Notes under the pieces: model-generated
The model's database searches: none
What the model was told of the DNA's origin: nothing
The model's input: the letters and a program-made list of their open reading frames with translations, nothing else
Assembly (NCBI GenBank): GCA_000165425.1
Contig: CT868096.1
Span: forward strand, 640,601 to 704,600
Origin: Paramecium tetraurelia
Lineage: Eukaryota
Length of the DNA stretch: 64,000 nt
Direction: 5' to 3'
Program-made: the position numbers and the translations under genes
Part shown: positions 40,526-55,490 of the stretch, one piece after another
How positions within the stretch are numbered: the first letter of the stretch is position 1
Layout: each line of letters opens with the position of its first letter

Positions 40526-41981
40526 ATGGTTTTCATCAAGAGATTAGTACCCCTTTCAATTTTGTATTGTTTCGAAGGAATCATGTTGGGACTGATTTTA
40601 TACAATGTTCCTTCTAATTTGATAGATAAAGGTGTTGAGATAAATAGATATAACTTTTCATTCGTTGTGCTATTACCTTACTTGTTCAGATACATAGTTG
40701 CACCCTTGATTGACAGTGTAAGTTGGGATAAGATGGGTAGAAGAAGAAGTTAGTTGGCAGTTTTGTATTTTGGATTGGGGTATAGAGTTGCTAAAAATTC
40801 TTAGAGTTCTGTTATATTTTTCAAATTTCTAATCGCTAGATCCTAGTACATGGTTTTGGAAGGCCTTCTGGATTGTATGTTTGTTGGCGTGCATTGACAT
40901 CATAATAGCAGCTTGGATAGTTGAGAGTTTAGAGAAGCATGACAGAGGGTATGGAGCATTGGCTCAATTTCTAGGAATTTTGATAGGGGGATTTATTGGA
41001 GCATACATCTTTAGGATGTTCAACTCGCTTGAATTTTGTAACACATATATATATGCCATTCCTTAAGAGATACCATACATTACACTCTAAAGTGAAATTA
41101 TAGATTTATTTTTAGTTGCATTCTAAGATTTGTCTTACATATCTGTTGGACTTGCAGTTGCATGTATTATTATCATTCACAATGAAACAACCTCTAATTA
41201 AGATGTAAGAATGTCATTATAATAGATAATCGAAGCTTACAAATCAGCTCTTGGAGCATTTTAGAATCGGCATTTGACTGTTTTCTTTCTGTTTTTTTGT
41301 TTTTTCAGAATAGGGTAGATGCCGATTGATTTGGCACATATTCACTTGATGAGAGGGTAATTGACAGAGGGTTAAATTCAATTTTTAGAAATATTCACCT
41401 TTCCAATTGCATGCATTTTACCATATTATATGGCCAAAATGATTAAGACAAGGGTGTTGGAAATTAGACTTATAATCGTATTTTCCATCTATGAAATTGG
41501 TATACCAATCATATAAATCTAATATTACTAGCTATATCAGGAGTGTTTATCATAACCTTGTTTGCCTCAGAGGAGAACTTTCCATTTCCATACAGAGATA
41601 CCTTATTGAAAATATCATTAATAAGTGTTTGGTTGTTAAATTTGATTAACATAACTCTGGCCCAATCGTTCATTTACAAAAGCACTCAAAGTTCAATAGC
41701 GGCAACTTTCATTGGTTTGTTAAGTAGAAATGTTTGTTATATTTTCAGCCACTGGAATTAACTTTCAATTTATTTTTGAAGGATTCGTGGAATATTTATT
41801 AGCCAATTATAATTATTATTTGATTTGGGCATGTGGAGTAGGAATTTATGCATTATTTTTTTTCCATTTAGCTTCGAGGGCAACCATGATCGATTAATTG
41901 AATTGCGAAGAGTTTAGTTTAGAGATTGACATAAAAAAAGAAAAGCTTCTTATTAATACTGAACTAGCAACTTTGGCATGA
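40526..41981 (+). CDS. Acetyl-CoA transporter (SLC33A1/AmpG-like MFS)
   Basis: LYCFEGIMLGL, LPYLFRYIVAPLIDS...MGRRRS, LACIDIIIAAW, IAATFIG; multiple TMs and introns. Confidence 0.85.
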
Positions 41982-42112
41982 TAATTAATTAGAATTTTGT
42001 ATGTAATCATTAGTTACGCATTATTACTTTACGTTATTATCATATTATGCATAAAGAAGAAGAATGTAAATAAAGAGTATTATAATTTATTTATATTATA
42101 TTATCAATTAAA

Positions 42113-43149
42113 ATGGATGATCGATTGATTGAATTACATAAAGTACAAGCATGGTTATCTAGATGTCTGGCAGATAGGATTCATTTTAATTGAACAACTC
42201 CAACTCCTCTTAGGATGATGATTTTATGCCTCAATTCTTTCAGAAAATAAAAAAGGCACTTTAGTGTTTAGAGAGAATCAAAGAAAATAATAATAGAATG
42301 TAGGAGATGTCAATGAAGTATGCTAGAGCAACTACATCAAATGTAGAAAAAGGTATTACAATCATCTGATCCGATTAGAGTTGTCACGAGAATTAGAGTA
42401 GATTATGGCCTAAAATTAACAATATAGTAACGAATTAAAAGATGCAATGAATGATATAAAAGAAGATGTTGAAAGAAGTGAAAGAGATTACTCAGTAACC
42501 AATTTGCATTATAAGAGGATCAACCTGAAACCCAAATGAAAATCAATCAGAGAAATGCATTAACTAGTAAAGTTCAGGAAGTTTTACATGCTTCTTCTCA
42601 AATTTCCATTAAATACAAGACTTGTGTTAGAGAGAAAATTAGGAGGTAAACGAAGATCTTAGATGAAAATGCCTCAGAAGAGTTTTTAGATGAAATATGC
42701 AATGATCCATAAGTATGCGAATTTTATCGAATATCTAATTAGAAAGCAACGTAATTATTACAAGGAAAACTCTATGGAGAAGCTCCTTCTGCTATTCTCA
42801 CAAATACTGTCTCAGATATATAGGAGAAATACAAAGATATACAATAGTTGGAAAGAGTATTTTCTTTAATTATTAATTAGTCTGTTTAATTAGTATATTA
42901 ACTATTTGTAGATTTAGCTATCTTAGTTCATGCTTAAGGCTAATAAATCGATAACATAGAAATTAATCTTGACTCAGCTAAAACTTATGTCGGCAAGGCA
43001 GAAAAAAGCCTTGTGGATGCAAAGGAAGACCATCAATCAGCTAAAAAGGTATTCACGCATTTCATCACTTTTAGAAAATATGTTGTGTTATCCTAATTGG
43101 TGTTGTAATTTTAGCAGTAATTATAGGACCAGTTGTTGCGACGTCATGA
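42113..43149 (+). CDS. Syntaxin (Qa-SNARE, syntaxin-1/plasma-membrane type)
   Basis: Habc helices; SNARE motif IQEKYKDIQQLERSV...LFVDLAILVHAQGQQIDNIE; C-terminal TM ICCVILIGVVILAVIIGPVV; about 6 introns. Confidence 0.93.
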
Positions 43150-43317
43150 ATTTATATTAACAAGTTATTTTTATATATTTTTATTGCTCAATATAAATTG
43201 TTTTATTTATTTATTTATTGTTATTTGCATTATAATAATTTCAGTAGATATCATTATTAGTATAAAAACTATATAGGTACTTTAAAATTTAGAAAAATTA
43301 GATCTAATACTTAAATA

Positions 43318-45117
<1,800 letters not shown>

Positions 45118-45587
45118 TTTAATAATATAAATGTTTTATTTCTTTATATTTTTGTTATTATTTTAATCGAAAAATATAATACTATTATTAATTATCAAAT
45201 TTTATCATCAGCATATTTAAACTTCCCACAGAACTATTCCAAACTAATATTTAAGAGATTAATATCATTATTCAATCGAAGAAAGACAAAAAATCTAAAA
45301 GAATAATTGCTTGAAATATAATTGTGAAAAATGAAAGATCAGAACTAAGTTTATAAAGAAACCCTATGTTTATAAATCAAATGGAAATATAACATTGAAT
45401 TCAGAATAAACTTTAAGTCTTCATCTATTTTATGGCAATTTTAAATTTCTGATTATTTAATTTTTTTAATTTGCTGCACAACAAAAAAATATGTAATTAT
45501 TTTGATTATCATGATAATAGAAATATATATTTTATATATATATAAAAAAAACCATATAAAATATTAATTTATTATATTAAAATCGAT

Positions 45588-46484
45588 ATGGATTAATCAT
45601 ATTATTCTATTCACTAGTTACTACAAACAAAAAGAGATTTATTAAGGGATAACATAAGAAAAAATGATTTAATGAAAACATTAGAAGATAAAAGAATAAA
45701 AATTTAATAGAATTAACAAGATTAGGAATCATAAATAGTTTAATACAATTCCTCAAAAAGAAGAAGAAAAAACAGATAAAAAATTGAAACAGAAGGTTCA
45801 TCAGAAGATGATGGTTTTAATCGATTAACTAAACTAAAATCAAAAAAGAATTTAACACCAACTTATTTGATATAAATTCTCGACTATCTTAAAACAGACC
45901 CATACGGATTTTAATCAATAAGGATATTTACTTTATGCGAAGATGCAATTTTAGATGAAAAATTAATTAATTCACCTTTGGTTCCATATTTAGTTGAAAT
46001 CATCTATGCATTAACTAAATACAAACAATAAATTCCTTTTAAAGTAATTATTCTTCAAATATATTTAGCCTTTACCTTTACTCTTAAAAGCATTTAGCCT
46101 TCATTAAGAATATATAATTTTATAATACATCTAAATGTATTTATAAAATAACAAGCATGAAAAACATTAGATTGATTAATTTTGCAGATAACAATTTCAA
46201 AGTGAAGATTAGAATCTGTTATATGTATTATGCAAGAGTTTCAAATATGTAATAGTAATTTTTATACTTAGGCCAACCTGTAAATGTTGCTATTTTTGTG
46301 TGAGACTATTGGAAATAAGGATCTTGTTCAAGCAATAAAGTTTTATGGAGAGTTCATATTCGACACAAATATAGAATATCAAAAGGGATATAGAAGCACT
46401 ATTAAAAAAATATAATAAATAGCTGAAATTGTGTTAAGTGGTCCTGAATTCTATTTTACGCAAGAAGAAGATCTAGAAATTTGA
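45588..46484 (+). CDS. Hypothetical protein
   Basis: Code-6 frame with two introns; TGA 46482-46484. Confidence 0.7.
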
Positions 46485-46559
46485 TTATGTTTACTTTATT
46501 TTATGTTTAAACAATCAGCTCAAGTTAATTCAGTATATAATTTGATATTTTATAATATA

Positions 46560-47168
46560 ATGTAATAAAATTAATGCGTATAGACTTCCGCTTTTGAGTT
46601 TGCTTTTTAATTATAAGATCTAATCTACAGAGAAACAAAGCTAAAATCTCCTTCTCTCTAATACAATTTTTCAAAATCAACAAAAGCTATTTCGAACTCA
46701 AAGTAAATAAAATAAATAAATTCACATCGAAGTGTTGGTGAAATAAACCCAAATATCTCATCTCCCGCTCCTAAAAAACTATTAGGCAAGCCAGTTGAAG
46801 GAAGGGCATTGCTGGCTAATTTGATGTTTCCGAGTCAAGTCAAAATGAAAGTGTCAATTATAGAGCAAAACAAAGAGAAAAAGGATTAACCAACTTCAAA
46901 AAATATTCATATGGCAAGAAGGCTTAGTCAATACAATTAAAATGAGTCTAAATCATGTAAATAGTTTGAATGGATCAATAAATTTAATTTACAATTACAA
47001 AAATGCAATTATTATGTGAACAATGATAAATCAGTAAAATTAAAAACACATAGAAAAAGACAGTTATCTGTATTGGATGATGTCCAACCTATTAGTTCTC
47101 GAAATCTTTTTGTAAATGGAACTTAGAGTCACTTTTCAAGTCGAGACAAGACACCAAATAAAAAATGA
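46560..47168 (+). CDS. Hypothetical basic low-complexity protein
   Basis: Uninterrupted frame MQQNQCVQTSAFEFAF...KTPNKK*. Confidence 0.65.
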
Positions 47169-47179
47169 TTAAATTAAAT

Positions 47180-49115
47180 ATGAATACTAAAATAACTTTG
47201 CGTAATTCAAAACAAAATAGCTTTCTAAATTCAGTCTAAACTACGCACAGACACACATTGTCCTAGGGTATAGAACTAAAGTTGGAATCGCCTACAAATA
47301 GAGAAACTTCTGGATTCACTTCTTTTTAATCTTTGAAATCTTCATCGATTCATCTTAAAAAATTAGTGAAATCTCCAACTTCTTAAATAAAATCTGCCAG
47401 ATAATTTGACTTAAATGAAAACTTTCTTAATTAGAGAACTTCAATAGTATAAATGATGCAAACATTTTCAAACAATTATGAAATCATATAATAATCAGAG
47501 CCTTTAGAAAATATTGACTTGTAAAAACTCTTTCCAGTAGAAGAACAAAAGAAGTCCTAAAACAATGAAATAGTTCCTCATGAATCAAAGTTAAGAATAT
47601 TTGAGTTAAAACAAGAGAGCAATAATTGGATCTCAATTAATAGATTTAGATTTCATTACTTTTCAATTAAAATATAAGGTTAGGAATCACCAATACAGGT
47701 TTATGTAAAATGTGATTAATCAAGGTTGCTCAATTATAGAATGTATATATCTACGACTGCTTCCTTCCCAACCAAATTCAATAGCGAAGCTGTTGTATAA
47801 TCTAAATATTTTAAATATTAAGATAAAAAGCACAATGACAAATTTCTAGATAAGTTCCTATATATAGCAATATACTCAGAAGAAGACTGTGAAATTTCAA
47901 TATCATTTCTATATGGAAATCAAAGCATTAAGAAATAAAAGCCTAAGAGATAAAAGCCAAACTATGATAAGTACAAATACTGGTGGCAGCAGTAAAAATT
48001 TGATATGAGTTGTGAAACTGATAAAATAAACAGTAATCTTGATACTAGGTAATATTCAAGAGAAGCTAGAAAAGAGAAATTAATTCAATCACAAGATTAA
48101 TTAGATCTAAGAATGAAAAATGCAATGAGTAGAAAAAAAGAACTTAGTGAAGATAAAAAAATGGATTTATTGTCCAAGTATTAAGCAAGTGAAGCCTTAA
48201 AAGAAATTAGAAACCAATAAAAGCTTAAATAAAGAATAAGACATGCAATAACAAAATTTCAAATCAGTTGGCTTGGTATATTTATACTTATACATCTGGC
48301 TGAAAATATGAAATCTATGTTAGATGTATTTAACTTGATATTCTTAATTAGGAAGCAAAAAAAAGAAGTAAATATCTAGCCAAAGGAAGACTAATCGTAT
48401 GGAAATACAGAACTACAACTATGATTAAAATAAAAGAGAGTGGGCAAAATGTTGATTAGAGGAACTTATTTAAATTATGTATGACGATGTGTATTTTTGC
48501 ATCTCATAACAAAAAGAGAATTAAGACTGATGTTTCTAAAGTGCTAAGATACTTTTTGACTTTGACTCATTAATATTGCCATTTCATTTAAAAACATCAG
48601 GAACTAACATATAAAGGTAATGCAATTATTAAATTTTAGTAAATTATGTAAAAAGAGTATTTAGAAATCTAAAATAAAAAGAAAAAGCATATAAGGATAG
48701 ATTATGGAGAATTCTAAACAAATATGCCTAAGAAATACTTCATACTTTGGGAGCACACTTTACTAATCCAAAAAAGAGAACTTACATCATTGATAGGTAA
48801 TTAATTGACTTATCAAGAGTTCAGCACTATAAAAAGCAATGGAAGATTTTTTATCATAGAAAAAAAGGAAATGCCAACAATTTATTTAAGGCTATGTCAG
48901 AGAAAAAGATTAAAAATAAGTAAATTTACCATTGAATATAAACTAAGAAAGTAGTTGACCTTGCTTTGAATATGATGCAGCCAGAAATGTTTGACACTCC
49001 TTCTTATGATGATTTATATGGAATTTTTCGTACTTACATTCATTACAAAAAAATGACATCTCAACAATCGCAATAGTAATAGCTAAAATCTTAATAATTA
49101 TAATAGTAACAATGA
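47180..49115 (+). CDS. Hypothetical protein (beta-rich central module plus basic helical C-terminus)
   Basis: FHYFSIKIQGQESPIQVYV...YISTTASFPTKFNS; about 3 introns in the 3' half; TGA 49113-49115. Confidence 0.7.
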
Positions 49116-49993
49116 TAATATTATATATATTTACATTTAGTATTTAACTTTTAAGATGTGTTATTATATAATTAATTTAACATTTTCATTGAGTGCTTTG
49201 ATTTATAAGATATTAGAATTTGTAATTTCCTTTGGAAATTGATGGTAATCCAAAAGAATATTGTAATTTTGATATCATATTTCATAATAACATAACTTAT
49301 TTTAATTTGCAACTTAATATTTAAATCATATTATGTAAATAATATTGATTTAAAAACAATAAAGAGATAAATAATTTATTTCTTTTTTCATTAATTTTTA
49401 TATCAATAGATGATTAAATATATAATAATGATTATTAAAGGATTTTAAATGATGATTACAAATGATTTTCAAATTTTTTGTTATCTTTAAATGATCTTTA
49501 TCAATATCCTTAATTTAATTATTTAGTGTTAATTATAAAATTTCTCGTAAATTTATTTATATTCACTTTTGTATATAAATTTTTAAGAAAACTTTTATAT
49601 TTCTAAATTCATTACTAATAATACAGCAAACAGCCAGAAGAGAAATTGATAAATATTATTAATTTAGTTTAGCTCTTAAAATCGTAAAGCTTGTACATAA
49701 TTAAGTTGGAAATAAAATAAAAATATCTATTAAATAAAGGTGAATCTAAGAGAAATGGTCAATTGTGGAACTGAATTTAATTACAATACTAATTTAGTAC
49801 AAATTTATATAAAAATAATCTGAAATTAAATAAGTATGTTATGTTAAATTGTAGTATATTTTTTTCTAGTAAGAAAATGAACTAAGGCATAATGAAGGTT
49901 GCAGTGTTCACTAGCAGTAAAATTAACCTAAATAATTATGAAATTAATTATTCTGCACTAGGTTTAACCAATAAATATAAATTAATATAAAAG

Positions 49994-50947
49994 ATGGGCT
50001 AGAGTTGTGCATCTTGCTAGCATAAAGATGAAGCTACTCCTGGCTAAAATGGTATAGAACTGAAAGATTAACTTGCAGAAGAAGACCTAGACGACAGTTA
50101 AGAGTTTGATGCTAGTATTATATTATTATAGTCGAGAAAGTCCTCCTTCTACTTATTAATGCAAAACTATGGAAGCCGATATTCTGCAGTTTTAAAAGAT
50201 TATCTCAAACGTGAAAGAAGAGGACTACGTAGAGGAATCGAAGGAATAATAAATAATTTTCGATGATTAATCTCGATATTTGGGAAGTATAGTAAATGGA
50301 AAAGCAAATGGGTTTGGAAAGTTATGGTTAGAAAATGGAGACTTTTATTAAGGTGATTTCGTAGAGAATATGATGGAAGGAAATGGAACTTTTAATTACT
50401 TGAAGGGTCCAATATACGAAGGGGAGTTTAAGTCAAATAAACCAGACGGTTATGGGATAGAAACCTGGCCAGATGGATCAATATACGAAGGAGAATTTAA
50501 GGGAGGCAGAAAACATGGAAAAGGTTGTTATAAATGGCATTAAGGATGTGTTTATAATGGAGACTGGAAGGATAATATGATACATGGTGTAGGAAAATAT
50601 GATTGGCCTGATGGAAGGGTATGGTATAGTAAATATTGCAGTCTTATTCTGGGAGTTGGATTAAAAATTAAATGCACGGTCGAGGGAAATATATATGGAA
50701 AGATGGAAAGTGTTATGATGGAGAGTACTAAAATGATAAAAAATGTGGTTTTGGCATATTCTATTGGCCCGATGGAAAATAGTTCTAGGGTTAATGGTTT
50801 AATGGAAGACAGCATGGGAAAGGATTAATGATAGGGAAAGATGGTAAGAAAAAGATAGGTTCTTGGTTGGAAGGAAAATTAGTGAGCTCCACAGAGGATG
50901 AAAATTTCTAAATTATGCCAGAAGGTTGGATTTTATAATAATAATGA
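49994..50947 (+). CDS. MORN-repeat protein, N-acylated (MGQSC)
   Basis: YEGEFKSNKPDGYG, YEGEFKGGRKHGKG and further repeats; introns 50104-50131 and ~50618-50641; no internal TGA seen. Confidence 0.92.
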
Positions 50948-51092
50948 TCTTATTTGTATCATTCTTTAAACTACAACTTAATTTATGAGAGTATATTCTT
51001 ATTCAGCAAAGCAATATCAAGATAGAATGGAAGTATAGTTAGTACTAAGCGAATAAGTTTGATTTTTATAATAAACCTCCAAATTATTAAAA

Positions 51093-52099
51093 ATGAAAAT
51101 TAAAAGACACGCCGAACATATATCTGATGATTCTGGGCAAACTTTCTTCGAAGTGTTCTAAAAAGCCATTTCCAAATACGAAGTTGAGAACCAAAAGTCA
51201 TTTCCCAAGCAAGATAGCGATCGATTCACTCTATACGAGGATTTGAAGTTAATCTTAGAACTATCTAAAATCAACTAGATTGAGCCATCACATTTTGATA
51301 GAATAGCAGCTCTACTCAAAAGGTCTAAGGCAGTCTTGAGGAGAAGGTAATTAATGAAATAAACCTAGATATCAAGAGTATTTGAAAAATGTAAATCAAG
51401 AGGACTTATAAGTGATATTTTCCTATCTACAACATTATGGTGCCTATGGATACCTTATTTTTTCTCTTGAGAATGGATCGTAGAGACTATAAGACATAGA
51501 GCCTTTAAAACAAAATGAAACTCCGATTAAGACCCCAATTCAAACTCCAATCAAATAAGTAACTAAGTAAGCTTCACATGCACCTGTAATGAACGAATAA
51601 AAAATTCCCTCACAACTATAGTCATAATAATAATAGCCACAACAATAGAAATAATTCATAGAACCAGAATCCCAAAAGAAGGTAAAACCTAATAATAAAT
51701 TTTAATTGTCTGCAAAGTAAATACTATTTATAATCTAGTTCAAAATATGATGTGTCAAACAAAAAAATGAATGCCTTTAAGTAAGAATCAGTAGTGTTAA
51801 ACTCAGAGTAGAAACATGAAAACGAGGAACTGAAGTTTATATTGAAGACGCTGTCTGAAACATTAAAAATATCATATTAAGAATTATGCCAAAGAATGTA
51901 TTAATGCTCTGGAGATTTGAATACTCTTTTGGATGTATATCTAAATCATTAAGAAAATTTGCTATGGACAAAGGAAGCTGATGATGCTTTGAAAGCTTAC
52001 TTGGTGGAAGAAAACTAATTTGAAAAACAAAAATTAAGGGCAATCCTTCATGGAGAGGAATAGATATAGAAGAGAAAGGAATGGTTATATGGAAAATGA
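51093..52099 (+). CDS. Rap1/TERF2IP-like protein (Myb domain + RCT domain)
   Basis: RFTLYEDLKLI...RSKAVLRRRYQEYL and MYQCSGDL...LLWTKEADDAL...HGEEQIQKRKEWL; introns 51347-51368 and 51717-51738. Confidence 0.7.
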
Positions 52100-52164
52100 A
52101 AGGATGTAGTTTAAAGGAATTTATGATATTTAACAATTAAATTTTAAATAACTTAATCAAAAAC

Positions 52165-53044
52165 TCATTTATGTGCAGTAGCATCCATTTTAAGAATATC
52201 TGATGGCAACATGATGTGATTTCTAGATTCAGCTAGAATGGCAGATATTTCTCTTGCATATTCTATTCTTCTGACATCCAAGAAGGCTAAAAGAACATTA
52301 AATATGCAAGATACCTGGATTAGTTAAGGCAGATTTTCCTACTAATTCAATAGATTTGGCTTCTCCCAAGGCCTTAATTACAATACTTTTCTTTGCTTCT
52401 CTTGCTTATTCAACAACAAACTTTGCTCTTTCAGCCTCTTATTAAGCAACTTATTTAGCTTCAACGGCATCCAAGTATTCTTTTCCAAAAGTGAGCTCTG
52501 TGATTGATACATCGTCTATTGCAATTTTGAATTAGGCTGCTCTTTAGTCTAGGGCTTGTCTGATTTTGAATGAAACCTAATCTCTTTGACTCATCAATTA
52601 GGAGGCAGTGTATTAGGCCACAACAGATCTCATTGTTTCATTAACAATGGAGGGCAAGACTTTTTCATCATAATCAATTCCTAAAGTTCTGTAAATGGTT
52701 GGAAGATCATCACTGTAAGGTCTATGGAGTACTCTGAGAGTCAATAGAACATTTTGCATATCTTTTAGAATAATTTAAAAGGGGATACCTCTATTGGCTG
52801 TATTGGCCTTGATTTGTCTGGGTCTTGTCTAGATATTATAATCAATGGGGGTCTCAAAGTAGGGGATTCTGAAATGCCATCCTTCCTTGTACTTTTCTTC
52901 TTGGAGTCCTAAAAACTTGCTGAATTTGATAGCACAATGTCCAGGCTCGACAGTGAAAAAGCAGTTTTTAACCAAGACTATGCCGAAAATACCTGCTGTT
53001 CCAAGACTTATAAGCATTTTTAAGGATTCTACTTAGGCAGCCAT
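52165..53044 (-). CDS. PHB2: Prohibitin (PHB2 type)
   Basis: [56 protein letters not shown]; two introns. Confidence 0.95.
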
Positions 53045-53086
53045 CTATCTAAGATTATATTTGTGTTGGAAATTTAATTAATTAAA

Positions 53087-55490
53087 ATGGGAGTACCCGC
53101 ATTCTTTAGATGGCTATGTGCCAGAAATCCAAAGGCTCTTTTAGAAGTCTTGGAAAATTCCGATGAATCCTCCTTATCAAACAACCCAGATATTGATAAT
53201 CTATATCTTGATATGAATGGTATCATTCATCCCTGTTCTCATCCTGACTAAGGAGGCATTCCAATTCCAGTCACATATGATGACATGTTTGTGAATGTAT
53301 TTCACTACATAGATCGTTTAGTTGATATTGTTCGTCCAAAGGAATTGATATACATGGCCATTGACGGTGTTGCCCCAAGAGCAAAATTGAATTAATAAAG
53401 AAGTTTAAAAATACAATAAATCTATAGGTCGTAGATTTAGAGCTGCATAGGAATCCATAAGAATTCAAAAGGAAAAGGAACGCTTACGAGATTACTGGAG
53501 AACTTAAGGCTTAAATTCGGATGCTTTAAATACTTATATTGAGAAAAACTTTGACAGTAACTAAATCACTCCAGGAACTGAATTCATGCAAAAGTTAAAC
53601 ATTGCCTTGCAGTATTACATTTATGATCGAATGAACAATGTATCAATACATATCATCTAATATTAGAATCCTCTATTTAGAAATGTTCTCATAATATTCA
53701 ATGATTCAAGCATCCCAGGAGAAGGAGAACACAAAATCCTTTAATTTGTGAGAGATCAAAGAAGGCAAATGAATTATAAAACAGTCAGGCATTGTTTGTA
53801 TGGAGCCGATGCCGATTTAATTATGTTGGGTTTGAGTACACATGAGCCATATTTTTATGTGATAAGAGAAACGATAATGGCTAATGATGATAAACAATGC
53901 TCCATTTGTTAACAGAAGGGTCATTTCTTTACTGATTGTAAAAAGAGAGAGAAGGTGATTGATGATTTGAATGGAGAAATTAAGTAATATAATTAGATTC
54001 AATAACAACAAAAGAATAAATTAATTTAAGTTGATTTTCAAATATTGCAACTTAATATTGTTAGGGAATTCTTATATTTTGAGACTAGGGATTTACAAGC
54101 CTCCTTGAAAGGGTAATATGATTTAGAAAGAATCATTGATGATTTTGTATTTATGTGTTTTTTAGTCGGAAATGATTTTCTACCTCATATTCCTTGCTTG
54201 AAAATAACAGAAGGAGGTATTGATTGTCTGCTGATTATATATAAAACAATTCTGTCATAAATAGGAGATTATTTAACAAATTGTGGAGAACTGAATTTGT
54301 AATAGATGAATTAATTTCTATTTCATGTTGGATTAATTGAAGATGAACTCATTAAAGGTTAGGAGAAAAAGAAGGAAATAGTTAAGAATAGAAGAGAAAG
54401 AAATGCAGAAATGAAAGAATAAAAGGTTTTGATGGCTCCTGAGTTTAGTATTGTAGATACATAGAAAGAGATTCTATCCAAATTTAAATCTGCATTAAAA
54501 GACAAATTGACAGAAATCAATCAATAAGAAATTGATTAAGCGTAATCAGCAAAATCATCACAAGAATTAAAGAAATGGAAGGCTGTTAGTTACAAGTAAA
54601 GATATTACTAAGAGAAATTTGGAATAAAACCTGCTTAATTTAACGAATTTCAGCATAGAATAAAGATATCATATTTAGAAGCATTGGCTTGGACATTAAA
54701 ATATTATTATTAAGGATGTGTAGATTGGGGCTGGTTCTATCCTTATCATTATGCACCATTTGCATAAGATCTGACCAATTTGGATTAATGTCTGTTTGAA
54801 TTCTCATTGAACACTCCTTTTAAGCCATATTAGTAATTATTAGCAGTGCTGCCTCCTTAATCAGCCTAATTTCTACCCAGACCTTATTAATAATTGATGT
54901 TAGAGACTTCATCTCCTATAGCAGATTTCTATCCAACTGACTTTGTAGTTGATTTGAAGGGCAAGAAATTTGCATGGCTTGGAGAGGTAGTATTGCCATT
55001 TGTTGATGCTGATAGACTAATAAAGGCAAGTAATATAGGAGTTAGTTTATCCAAATTGGAATAGGAAAGAGATAGATTAGGATAAACATTGATCTTTAGT
55101 CTTAAAAAACATGAATCCTTTAATTTCTAATAGTGTCATATCTAGGTTTAAGTTGATTGGTTACCTCGTTTTCCAGTTGGAAGTGAAATCAAATCGCCCA
55201 TACCTACTATGGGAAACATCTTCAATAATTAAATTATTTGCGGGGCTTTATTGAAAACAATAATTGAAATTGATGCATCATTTATCTAGAATCAGATTAG
55301 GAAAGGAACTATTATGCCACCAGAATTCTTGGATGAATATTACATGAATTAATGTGAGTAGAATAAGAGATCGTTTGGAGGTGAAGCTGTAAGAAGGATA
55401 GTTTATTCGATTTTGGGAGTCAAATAAGTGAGGAGATTAGACAGATAGTAAGACGATTTTGATTAAATAAAAAAATAAACAAAGTTATGA
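53087..55490 (+). CDS. XRN2: 5'-3' exoribonuclease 2 (Rat1/Xrn2)
   Basis: [42 protein letters not shown], Zn knuckle [31 protein letters not shown]. Confidence 0.96.

Noticed and set aside
49120..49990. C/D snoRNA suggested by ATGATGA near 49449
   Set aside because: No suitably spaced CTGA or terminal stem; motif expected by chance in very AT-rich DNA
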